Shown: one piece after another, positions 28,300-40,300 of the stretch
Numbering within the stretch: position 1 is the stretch's first letter
Layout: each line of letters starts with the position of its first letter
Source: an uncultured Desulfobacterales bacterium
GTDB taxonomy: Bacteria; Desulfobacterota; Desulfobacteria; Desulfobacterales; JBDRRP01
Assembly: GCA_964446485.1 (NCBI GenBank)
Contig: CAYUOU010000007.1
Span: forward strand, 7,826 to 71,825
DNA length: 64,000 nt
Direction of reading: 5' to 3'
Position numbers and translations under genes: made by a program
The notes under the pieces: generated by a model
The model's database searches: none
The model's input: the letters and a program-made list of their open reading frames with translations, nothing else
Told to the model about the DNA's origin: nothing

Positions 28300-28372
28300 T
28301 CATATTCTCCTAATATGACCGGCGGCCGCTCTCAGCTTCTGTAGGAAACCGCCTTTCAGAATTAATAATACA

Positions 28373-31300
28373 TCAACGAACATTACCGCCGGATTCGTCG
28401 GGGATCTTGGCCTTTTTATCTAAACTCGCGCGCTGCTTCAACTGGGGATCGCTCAAGGGACCGACCGCAAAGTCCAAGGGGATGATGGTGCCCCGAACGG
28501 TGGCCATGGCATCACCGCTGTCTGTTTGAACCGATTGGGATTCGGTTTCATTACCGTATGCCGCTGCCTGTACCGTGACGCCGGCGTTTCCTGACCGCGC
28601 CGCGGATGATGTTGTTGCCATGGGGGCGATGATGTTTGTATCACCCGACGCGGGTTCCCCGTCGGAGCTCGCCTGGGCCTCGTCGGCGGCAGTGACGCCG
28701 GTTTCGACAAGGGCGGCTGTCGCGATACGCGGGAACGCGATTGGCGCCACGTCAAAGACTGCCGGCATAATTGTCGCCGCTGCTTCTGACGATGCCGTGG
28801 GCCCATCAAGCGAAGCGACATCCACAATGGTGCCGGTATCCGCCGCTACCATCGGGGCCGGGGCAGAAAAGACGGACAGCGAGGTCCTTGCCGGTTGAGG
28901 TGTTGCCTCCGCCGGAACTGCGGCATCCCCATCCGAAAAGCCTGCCGGCGTCGTGACGCCATAGCTGAACACCATGACATTGGACAAGGGATTGAATCCC
29001 GCGGGGTTCCAAGACTGTACCGTCCAACTGTAACTGCCATCTTCAAAGGTCATGGCCGGTGACCAGGTGCCCACTGAATCGAACCATTGCTCCTTGAAGA
29101 AATCGCCGTCCTTCAAGATGATCACCCGGTACCATTGGACATTGGGAAGCAGGGTCCAGGTGAAAGTGACGCCGGAAGGGCTTCCCAGGCTGCCGCTGGG
29201 GCTGATGGCCGTGGGCGTACCGGCGGCACCCGCAGCCGGAATGATGAATTGCGCAGGCGCGGATGTCAGCCCTGCCGGGGTGTTCCCATCCAGCGGCTGC
29301 ACGGTCCAGCGATAGGCGCCCGCCGCAAAGGCCGAGCCCGGAGCCCACTGCGTCGCGCCGTCAACCACCTGGGTCAAGAATGAGGCGCCGTCCTTCTCTA
29401 CGACAACCTGGTAGCGGGTGATTCCGCTGACGGGCGTCCAGATGAAGACAAGGCCGTCACCGGTTGTCGTACCGCTGGGTGCCAGAGCCTCCGGCCGGGC
29501 CTTGATGGTGAATGTTGCCGGATCCGATTTGGTGCCGAAACCCGCGGGGCTCCAGGGCTGCACCGTCCAAGCGTAGTCGCCTTGCGGGAAAGGATAGCTC
29601 GGGATCCACTCCGTACCGTCGACCCATAGCGCGTCAAAGACGGAACCGTTCCGGAGGATTTGCAGGTAGTACCGGGTTGCCCCATCGACGGACGGCCACC
29701 GGAAGGTGCCCCCGTCGCTGGTGAGCACGGTGATATCGTTGGTGGGTGTCGTCATCGGCGCATTCACCGACACATCGTCCGCGGTGATCCCGATAGACCC
29801 GGTTCCGGTGGTGGTGATTGGCGCATTGACCGAGATGGTGCCGTCCTGAGATGTCAATATCACCGAACCATCGTCGGTGGTGGTCAACCCGCTGACCGGA
29901 TCGTCCGCAACAGGAACCGGGGTACCGTCGTTCAAGACCCTGTCGATATTCAACGGACCCACCGTCCCGACTTCGAAGCTGTCGACATCGCTGATATAGA
30001 TGCCGCCGCTGCCGGAGGTGGCGGCCACGGTGTTCACTGCTGTATCCAGCGGGTCGCCTTCCGTGCCGATGCCAAGGCCCGCATCCATTTTCAACCCGTC
30101 GGCGATCACATCTGTAGTGGTGTCGCCGCCGTCGATAATCGATCCTGCTGTGGCCGTTAGGCTCACATCGCCGGCGGCGGCATCGATACCGCCGACTAAA
30201 ATGTCCTGGTCCGCCGTGTAGCGGATATTGCCGTCGGCGCTCTGGGTGGTGACCCCGTCGGTCATGGTAATGGAACCGGCACCGGCCGCCACATCGATGG
30301 TGCCGCCGTTGGAGATAATGTCGGCACCCTGGGCCACATCGGTGCCGGCCAGCAGAAGAACGCCGCCGGTGCCCGAAGTGGTCACGGTATTGGTGACTGC
30401 AGCCCCACCGGCCGCGGCGATGATGCCGACGTTTCCGCCGCCGGCATCGACGTTGCCAAGGGTAACGTCCAGGGCGGCTGTGTAGGCGATATCTCCGCCG
30501 GCGCTCTGGCTTGCCGCACTATCGGCCATAGCGATGGTACCGGCACCGGCAGACACGCCGATGGCGCCACCGCCGGTCGTGATATCGGCATTCTGCGTGA
30601 CGTGGGCGCCTGCTTGCAGGTCGACACTGCCGGTCTCGGTGGTGATGCCGGCATTCTGGGTGACGTCCCCATCCGATGCCAGGGTGACGTCACCACCGCC
30701 GGTGGCAGCCACCGGGCCGTCTATGGTGAGCGCACCGTTGACGACTTGCTGACTTACTGAGCCGCCGTCCGTCGTCGAGAATCCGCTCAGCGCCGGATCG
30801 GTGAGCACTGTTCCATCCTCGAGTACGAGGGTCTGCTCCGCCACGGTGCCGATGGACAGCGCGCCGTCATTGGCCACGTGGATGCCCCCGCTGCCGGCTG
30901 TGGCGGCAATGGTGTTCACCATGGTGTCGATGGGGTCCTCGGCGGTCCCGATGCCGATACCGGCCGTAAGTTTCAAAGTGTCTGCGACCACGTCCGTATC
31001 GCTGTCACCACCGTCGAGAATGGATCCACCGGCGGCAAGGGTCACATCCCCTGCCCCCGAATCGATGCCGGAGAGGGTCACATCCTGCGCCGCGGCGTAG
31101 CGGATGATGCCATCGGTAACCTGTGTAAGGGTTCCATCAGTCATAATGACGGATCCGGCGAGGGATTCCACATTGATGCCGCCGGCCACAGCGGAGACAT
31201 CCGCCTGTTGGGTTACATCGCCGGATGCCAGAAGCAGTATCACCCCGGCCCCGGCGACACGCACATCGGCATTCACTGTGAGCGCGCTGTTGGGAAGGAC

Positions 31301-34300
31301 AACGGAAATCGCCGGTGCCGTGCCGGCGGCGGTGATCCCCGTGCCGGTGATGGTCAGGTCGTCGGCTTCCTCGATGAACACCCCACCCTGGCCGGCGGCT
31401 GCCGACACCGAAGTCAAATTCGTGTCGATATCGCCGGCACCCACAAAGCCCATGGTGGTGCCCGCCGTCAGGACAGCGCTGTTGCCGGAAATATTTGCAT
31501 CCTCGCTGGTGGAGTTATCGATGATGGCGCCGGTGGTGGCCGTCACCACGACACTGGCTGCGGAAAGGGCGCTCAGGGCCACATCGCCTTGTGCCACGAG
31601 TGTGGCGGATGCAGCGGCCTGCGCTGCCGTGCCGTCGGCCATCGTGATATTGCCGCCGGTCACATCCAACGTGCCAAGCTCGCCGCCGGTGGTCGCGCCC
31701 ATGTCGGCGTTGAAAATGACATCACCGTCACCGCCGACCAAGGTCAGATCCTTCTGCCCACCGACGTGGCTGTTCGCCGGGCTGTCGGCGGTGAAGATGA
31801 TGTCTCCGATACCGATACCGGTGGCAACGCTCACATCGCTTCCAAGTGTGACGGCGCCGTTGAAGCGAACATCGTCGCCGGTGGTGGTCACCGTCATGCC
31901 TGCTGCGCCGCCGTTCAGGACAATCCCGCTGCCGTTGATGACATCGGCACCCGTGCCGATGTCGATGGCGCCGTCGGTGGCGACCACAGTCACCGGGCCG
32001 GTGAGCCCTGTCTCCGTGTCGCTGCCGCCAAGGACCACCCCGCCATCGGCCCGTTCCACCGTCAATGCGCCGATGGGTGTGCTGACGCCGATGTCTTCAT
32101 TGAACGCCACGCTGCCGGTGCCGGCGGCCAGGGTCAGGTCGTTGACCTCGCCAGGAGTGCCGTCCACCGGCGCGTTGTTGGTGAAGGTAATGTCTCCGGC
32201 GCCGGTACCGGTGTCGATGCGCACGGCGCTGGCCAAGGTGACCGCCGTGTCAAAGACGATATCCTGCCCGGCCGTAGTGATGGTAAACGTGTCGTCGCCG
32301 CCGTCCAGGGTGATGTTGGTGGCGGAAACGGTCAGCGCGCCAAGGATGTCATCGGCGCCCAGATCGCCGCCGAAGGTCACGGTGCCGGTTCCGGCGGTGA
32401 GGACCAGCGGGTTGTTCTCACCGGTCTGGCTGTCAATGGGGCTGTCCGGCGTAAAGGTGATGTCCCCGGCGCCAGCGCCGGTGTCGACAGTCACCGCGCT
32501 CTGGAGTGTGACGGCGCCGTTGAAGCGCACGTCGTCGCCGGTGGTGGTAACGGCCAGTGCGCCGGCCCCGCCGTTGAGGATGATACCGGTGCCGGTAATG
32601 GCAGCAATGCTGCCAATGTCGACGGCCCCATCGGTGTTGACCGCGTTCACCGGACCGGTGAGCGCCGTCTCGGTGTCGCTGGTCCCGAAGGTGACGCCGC
32701 CGGCCGCCGTCTCCACGGTAAAGGTGCCGATGCTCTGGATGGCGCCGATATCCTCATTGAAGAAAACGCTTCCCGCACCGGCGGCCAGGGTCAGATCGTT
32801 ATGCTCGCCGGCGATGCTGTCGATGGGACTGGCCGAAGAGAAAGCGATGCTGCCGGCGCCGCTGCCCGTGTCGATGGTCACTGCGCTGCCCAGGGTGACC
32901 GGCCCATGGAATCCCACATCAGCGCCTGCGGTGACGATGGTGACATCGCCCGCGCCGCCGTCCAAGGTAATGTCGGCTGCCGTGACAGCCAATGGACCAA
33001 GGCTGCCGCCAGTGCCCATGTCGCCGCCGGCAAGCACAGCACCGGTACCGGCCGTCAGGGTCAGGGGGTAGCTATTGGCCGGATCGATGACATCGCTGGT
33101 GACGCCGGCGATGGTGGTGGCGAAGAAGGACCCCGTGCCGTCGTTGTTCTCATCCAGTTCCGTATCGAGCGATGCCCGGAAGGTCTCCTCGGCGTTGACC
33201 GCCGCGATGACCTCGTTGGCCGTGGAGCCCCACACCAGAGCCTTTAGATCGCTCGTCACATCGGGGAATGCTATCTCCGTAAAGGTCCCGAAACCGGTGT
33301 TCCCCGGATCCAGGTCCGTATTCAGCGTCGCCGTGAAAGTGTCGTTCGCCTCGTTGTTGATGGCGGCGACGACATCGTTGGCAGTAGAGTCAGCAGCGAT
33401 GTGGACGGTGAGCACGTTGGTGCCGGCATCATAGGTTGCCGTCTCGGAGAATTTGGCCCCATCCATCACGAAAACGATGTCTGTGCTCTGCGGGGTGCCC
33501 TGGTTCTTGGCCTCGAGGGTCAGGGCGTTGTTGTCGCCGTCCGGATCGATGCTGCCCACGGCCACGGCCACGCTCTTGATGTGGATGGTCAGCATGTTGG
33601 CGACCGGGTCGTACTCAACCCATTCCTCGCCCTTTTCCACATCGTCCACGAAAACGATGTCGGTGTTTCGGTAGGCCTCGCCCGGGATAGCGGCGACAAA
33701 GGTGATGGCGTTATCGCTGCCATCCGGATCGATGGATCCAGTGGCGATCCCAAAAGCACTGTCGACGGTACCGCTGCCGGTGAAGACGATGTCGCCGGGC
33801 AGCGCCGCACCGGTGTCCATGACCACTTCGGATGCCATGACCACGTCGCCGTTCAATCGAATGTCGCCGCCGAGGGTGCTGAGGGTCAGGGGCGTGTCTG
33901 CACCGCCGCGGTTGATGGCCGCGATGACATGGCTGGCCGTGGAAACGCCTGCCTGGACGTGGAGGGTCAGCGTATTGGTGAAGGCGTCGAAATCGGCGGT
34001 TTCGGTGCCTGCCGCCGCCAGACCGTCCACCACCACGACGGTCAGCGCCGTCAGGTCGTAAGCGGGGTCACCGGCCGTGAATACCAGGGCGTTGTCATTT
34101 CCGGGCAGATCCAGCAAACCGGCCGCAGTCACCGTGTTGTAGATGCCGGGCGGAAGGGTCCCGGTGCCGTCGTTATCCGGGTCGTTGTCGCTGCCGTTCA
34201 GGACGGCGGCAAAGGTGCCGTCATCGTTGATGGCAGCGACGACCTGCGTAGCCGTTGATTCGCCGGCCGCCATGTGAATGGTCAGGGTATTGGTGCCGGC

Positions 34301-37300
34301 ATCGTAATCCACGGTTTCCGCGCCCGCCGTGTCCACGTCGTCGATAAATTCAACCGTCAAGGCCTCAACATCCACGCCGGGAACACCGGTCGACAGGACG
34401 AACGCGTTGTTGTCACCGGAATAATCCACCAGGCCCGCTGCGGTTAATTGATTGAAGTCCCCTGGCAGGAAGGTGCCGGTGCCGTCGCTGGCCGGGTTGG
34501 TATCGCTGTCTGTGAGGTCAGCGGTGAAGTGCCCGCCGTTGAACACGATACCGGTGACGCCGATTTCAGAGGCACTGCCCACATCGATGCCGTTGACCGC
34601 CGTCACCTGGGCCACCGGGCCGCTGTCGACGCCATCGGTGCCTGCGGTGCCGAAGACCACGCCGGTGGCGCCGGTGACGATGAGGCTGCCCAGTTCATTG
34701 GCCGCAGCGCCGGCACCGATGTCGGCGTTGAAGAATACCGTGCCGGTGCCGGCGGACACGATCAGATCGTTCATCTCACCGGTCTGGCTGTCCACCGGGC
34801 TGTCGTTGGTAAAGGTGACGTCGCCGGGTCCGGTATCGGTGTCGATGGTCACATCGCCGGCCAGCATTACCGCACCGTTGAGTCGGATGTCTTCACCGTC
34901 GGTGGACAGCGTCAGCGCACTGCCGCCGCCGTTGAACACGATGCCAAGGCCGCCGATGGCCTGCGTGCCGACGCCGAGATCGATGGGGCCGGCGGTGTCG
35001 ACCACGGTCACAGGGCCGGTGATGCCGCTGCCGGGCGTCTCGCTGTCGCTGCCGCCGAACACCACCCCGCCGTCGGCGCGGACCACAGTAAGGGCGCCAA
35101 TGGGGGTCCCAGCGCCCAGATCTTCGTTAAATGTCACGCTGCCCGTGCCGGCGGTAAGCGTCAGGTCGTTGGCTTCGCCCGTTTCGCTGTCCACGGGGCT
35201 GTCGTTGGTGAAGGTGATGTCGCCGGCGCCCGAACCGGTGTCCATGGATACCGCACTGGACAGGGTCACGGCACCGTTGAACCGTACCGGCGAATCGGTG
35301 GTGGTGACGGCCAGGGTGTCGTTTCCGCCGTTGAGGACAATGCCGCCGGCGATGGTGTTGGTGGCGGTGCCCACGTCGATGAGACCGGCAGTGGCGATGA
35401 CGGTCACCGGACCAGTGGCACCGGCCCCGGCCGTTTCCGTGTCGGCCTCGCCGAAGAAGACGCCCGCATCGGCGCGGGTAATGATCAGATCGCCCAGGGC
35501 CTGGGAGGCGCCAATGTCTTCATTGAACCGCACGGCGCCGGTGCCGGCGGTGATGGTGAGGTCATTGTTTTCACCGATCGGGGCGATGTCGCTGGTGACG
35601 TCGGCGTAGGCGCCGGCCAGGAAGAACCCGGTGCCGTCGTTGTTCACATCGGCCAGGGAGTTCAGGGCCGCCGTGAAGGTGCCTTCGGCGCCAACAGCGG
35701 CGATGATATCACCGGCCGTGGATCCGCCGACGGCTTTTTCTTCATCGGTCACGTCGGTGAAGGTGGTTGCCGTGAAGGTACCGGTGCCGTCGTTGGGCAT
35801 GAGGTCGCTCAGGGAGGCGGTGAAAGCCCCCGTGGCCTCGGCGTTGATGGCGGCAATCACCTCGTCGGCCGTGGAGCCGCCGTCACCGGCCTGCATATGG
35901 ACCGTCAAGGTGTTGGTGCCGATGTCGTACTCGGCCGTTTCGCTGCCCTTGACGGCGTCATCCACGAACACCACATCCACATTGGCGAAGGCCGCGCCGG
36001 AGGCGTTGGCAACCAAAGCGATGTCGTTGTTGTCGCCTGCCGGGTTGAAATACCCAGTGGCCACGGTGTCGCTCACGATATGAACGGTCAGGGTGTTGGT
36101 GGTTCTGTCGTAGGTGGCCGTTTCGCCGCCCACCGCCGGTGCGTCGTCCACGAAGATTACGGTCAGATCCTGGTAGATCTCTCCCGGGCTCGCGGCAGTG
36201 AAGGTCAAGGCATTGTTGCCGCCGGCCGAATCCAGGGTCCCCACGGCCAGGCCGAAATCGCTGTCCACCGGACTGTCATTGGTGAAGGCGACGTCGCCGG
36301 CCATCGCCACGCCGGTGGTGATGGCAAGATCGGTTTCCAGGCTCACGGCGCCGTTGAGGCGGATGGTGTCGCCAGAGGTGGAGAGCGTGATGAGGTTCGC
36401 CGTCGTGCCGCCGTTGAGAACGATGCCGCCGCTGCCGATGGCAGACGTGGCGCCCACATCGATGTCCGTGGTGGCGGTGTTGCCGTCCCCCGCAATGTTC
36501 ACCAGGGACACCGGGCCGAGGTCGCCGAACGCCGTGTCGGATCCGCCGAAGATCACGCCGTCGGCATCGGTGACCACCAGCCGCCTTAAGGCGCTGGCGT
36601 CGCCGATATTGGCGTTGAAGGAAACCGTTCCGGTGCCGCCGGTGAGGGTGAGATCGTTGGTCTCGCCGCTGGCGCTGTCCACCGCTGCCTGGCGGGTGAA
36701 AAGAATGTCGCCGGCACCGGCGCCCGTATCCACCGCCACATGGGTGTCGAGGGTGACGGTTCCGTTGAATCGAACGCTGTCGTCGCTGGTAGTGAGGGTG
36801 ATCAGATTGGCAGCCGTGCCGCCGTTGAGGACAATGCCCCCGGCACCGATGGCGGTGACGCTGCCGATATCGAGATCGATGGTGGCATCGTCGTCATCGC
36901 CGGCAATGGTCACTGCCGTCACCGGACCCAGGTCGCCGATCGCCGCATCGGCACCGCCGAAAGTCACGCCGTCGGCATCGGTGACGATGAGACGACCCAG
37001 GCCGGTGCCTGCCGCCGCCGCACCCACAGTGGCGTTGAAGGCCACCGCGCCGGTGCCCGCCGTGATCCTGAGATCGTTGGCCTCGTTGGCATCGCTGTCC
37101 ACAGTCGCGTGCTGCGTAAACATGACATCCCCGCCGCCCAAACCCGTATCCAGGGACACGTGAGCGCCCAGGGCCACCGGCCCGTTGAAGCGCATGTCGC
37201 CGCCGTCGGTGGTCACGGCCATCTGCAGGGTCTGGGGAGTGACACCGCCGATTTCGGTTACATCAATGAAATCTCCCGTCAGGTATTGACCCGTACCGTT

Positions 37301-40300
37301 GTTATTTAAATCGGTGTCGGTGTTCTGGAGATTGGCAGAGAAGGTCCCTTCATCGACAATGGCCGCAATGACCTGATTGGCCGTGGAACCGCCAGCCAGG
37401 ATGTGAATGGTCAAGGTGTTGGTGCCTGCATCATATTCAGCCGCTTCATTACCCGCCACTGCAAGATCATCAACAAACACCACTGTCATGTTTTCAAAGT
37501 CAAAGTCGGGTTCACTGGTGCCAAGGATCAGGGCGTTGTTGTCACCATCGAGGTCAACGACACCCGTCTGGGTCACCCGATTGAAAATCCCGGACAAATA
37601 GGTGCCAGTGCCGTCGTTGGCAGGATCGTTGTCGGTGTTCTGCAGATACGCTGTAAACACGCCGCCGTCGTTGATGGCGTCGATGACCTGGTTGGCCGTG
37701 GAATCGGCGGCCGCATGGACGGTGAGGACGTTGGTGCCGGCGTCATAATCCGCCGTCTCCAGACCATTGGTCCCGTCCAGCACAAAGGTCACATCGGTGT
37801 TTTCGAAGGCGGCCCCGGGGCTGTTGGCCACCAGGACCAGGGCGTTGTTGTCGCCGTCGGGATCCACGGTGCCGGATGCATTGGCAGAATCGGCGGTGGC
37901 GCCGCCGTTGAGGACGATGCCGCCGGTGATGGCTGAAGCAGCGCCGATGTCCATGGCGCCCTGGATGCTGATGATGTTCACCGGGCCGGTGGTGCCGTCG
38001 CCGAGCGTCTCGGTGTCGCTCTCTCCGAAGATGACGCCGCCGTCGGCCCGCGTGATGGTGAGGGCCGCCAGAGCCTGGGTCTCGCCGATGTTCTCGTTGA
38101 AGCGTACCGTGCCGATGCCGGCGGTGAGGGTAAGACCGTTGAACTCACCGTTCCGGCCGTCAACCGGGCTGTCGTTGGTGAAAACGATGTCGCCGGCGGC
38201 AGTGCCCGTGGTGATTACGGTATTCGAGTCTAAGACCACGGGGCCGTTGAAGCGCACATCGTCGCCGCTGGTGGTGATATTAAAGGTGCCGGCGCCGGCG
38301 TTCAAAACAATGCCGCCGTCAATGGCATTGGTGCCGGTGCCGATGTCGATGCCACCCTCGGTGTTGATCACTGCCACCGGGCCGGTGGTGCCGCTGCCGG
38401 CCGTCTCGCTGTCGGCCTCACCGAAGATGACGCCGCCGTCGGCCCGGGTGACGGCAAGCATGTTCAGGGCCCGGGTTTCGCCGATATTCTCATTGAACCG
38501 AACCGTACCCTCGCCGGCTGTCAATGTCAGGCTGTTGTTCTCAGTCGCCTGACTGTCCACCGGGCTGTCGTTGGTGAACGTGATGTCGCCCGCCGCCGTG
38601 TCGCCGGTGCTCACGGTAACATCCGAGGCGAGGGTCACGACGCCGTTGAAGCGGATGTCTGCGCCGGTGGCCGTGACGGCGATGGTGTCCGGGCCGCCGT
38701 TCAAAATGATGCCCGCGCCGCCGATGACGTTCGTTCCGGTGCCGAGATCAACGACACCCTGGGTGTTGACGATGTTCAACGGGCCAATGCCGGCCCCTTC
38801 AATGTCGGCCCCGCCGAAGATGACGCCGGTGGCGGCAACGACGACGGTCAGTTCATTGAGGTCCTGAATCGCGCCGATATCTTCGTTGAACTGAATCGCG
38901 CCGGTGGCGGCCGTCAGGGTCAGGCTGTTGAACTCGCCGTCCTGGCTGTCCACCGGGCTGTCATTGGTGAATGTGATGTCGCCGGCGACCGCAGTCATCA
39001 CGGTGTCGGAATAGAGCATCACAGGGCCGTTGAAGCGCAGCCCGCCGGTGGTGGTGGTGATGACGATGGGCGGCTCGGTGGTGGCTTCAACCCCGTCGTC
39101 GCCGCCGTTGAAGACGATGCCGCCGGCGCCGATGGCAGAAACGCTGCCAAGATCGATGCCGCTGGTGACGGTGACCCCATTCACCGGCGCCAGGTCGCCG
39201 TCAACGTCCGGCGTGTCGGCGCCGCCGAAGGTCACACCGGCGGCGTCGGTGATGGTCAGGCGGCCAAGCGCGCCGTCAGTCCCACTGCCGATGGCGGCGT
39301 TAAAGGAGACGCTGCCGGTGCCGGTTGTCAGGGTCAGATCGCTGGCCTCACCGGTCTCACTGTCCACCGGCGCAAATTGAGTGAACAGGATACTGCCTGC
39401 GCCGGTGCCGGTGTCGATGGATACGTCGGAGGCCAGTGTCACCGGTCCGTTGAAGCGGATGTCATCGTCGGTGGTGGTGATGGTCAGCGTGCCCGCGCCG
39501 CCGTTCAGTACGATTCCGGTGCCGCCGATGGCGTCGCCACCCGTGCCCATGTCGATGGCGCCGTCGGCGTTGATCAGCGTGACCGGGGTGGTCTCACCGA
39601 CGGTTACCCCGCCGGTGGCCTGGGTGACGGTCAAGGCGCCGATGGATTCCGAAGCGCCGATTTGGTCATTGACGAACACGCTGCCAGTACCGGCGGTGAG
39701 GGTCAGGTCGTAATGGGTGGTGACCGCATCGCTGTCGATGGGTGTGCTGTCGGCGAAACGAATGTCGCCGGCCGTGTCGGCGCCCGTGGTGAGGGTCGTG
39801 GCCTGCATCAGCACAATGCCCCGGCCGGTGCCGTTGGTGTCGAGCGTCATGTTACCGGCATTGGTGCTGATGGGCGCCGCCGCATCCAGGAAGAGGCTGC
39901 CGTTCGTGGTGCGGATCGCAATGCTGCCGACCGCCGCACCGTTGGCCAGGGCAACGACGGTGAGGTCATTCGTTTCCAGGATATCGATGCCGCCGCCGGT
40001 GGCGTTGGCGATATCAGCGGAGCCCACCGTGGTCTCCAGGGCGCCGAAGGCCCCGGCAACGCCGATGCCCGTGCCGGCGGAGATGACCAGCCGCCCGTCT
40101 GCCGCCTCTACGTCTACCAGTGCGTCGCCGCCGTCGATGACGCCGGCGTCGGTGGTGAGGGTCACCGCCGTGTCGGTGGCGTTCGTGGTCAGGAGGCCGC
40201 CCAGGGTGATATTTCCGCCCAAACCGTTGACAGCGCCCTCGGTGGAAAGTGCGATGACGCCGGCACCGGCATTGATGAGCATACCGTCGGCCATGGTAAT

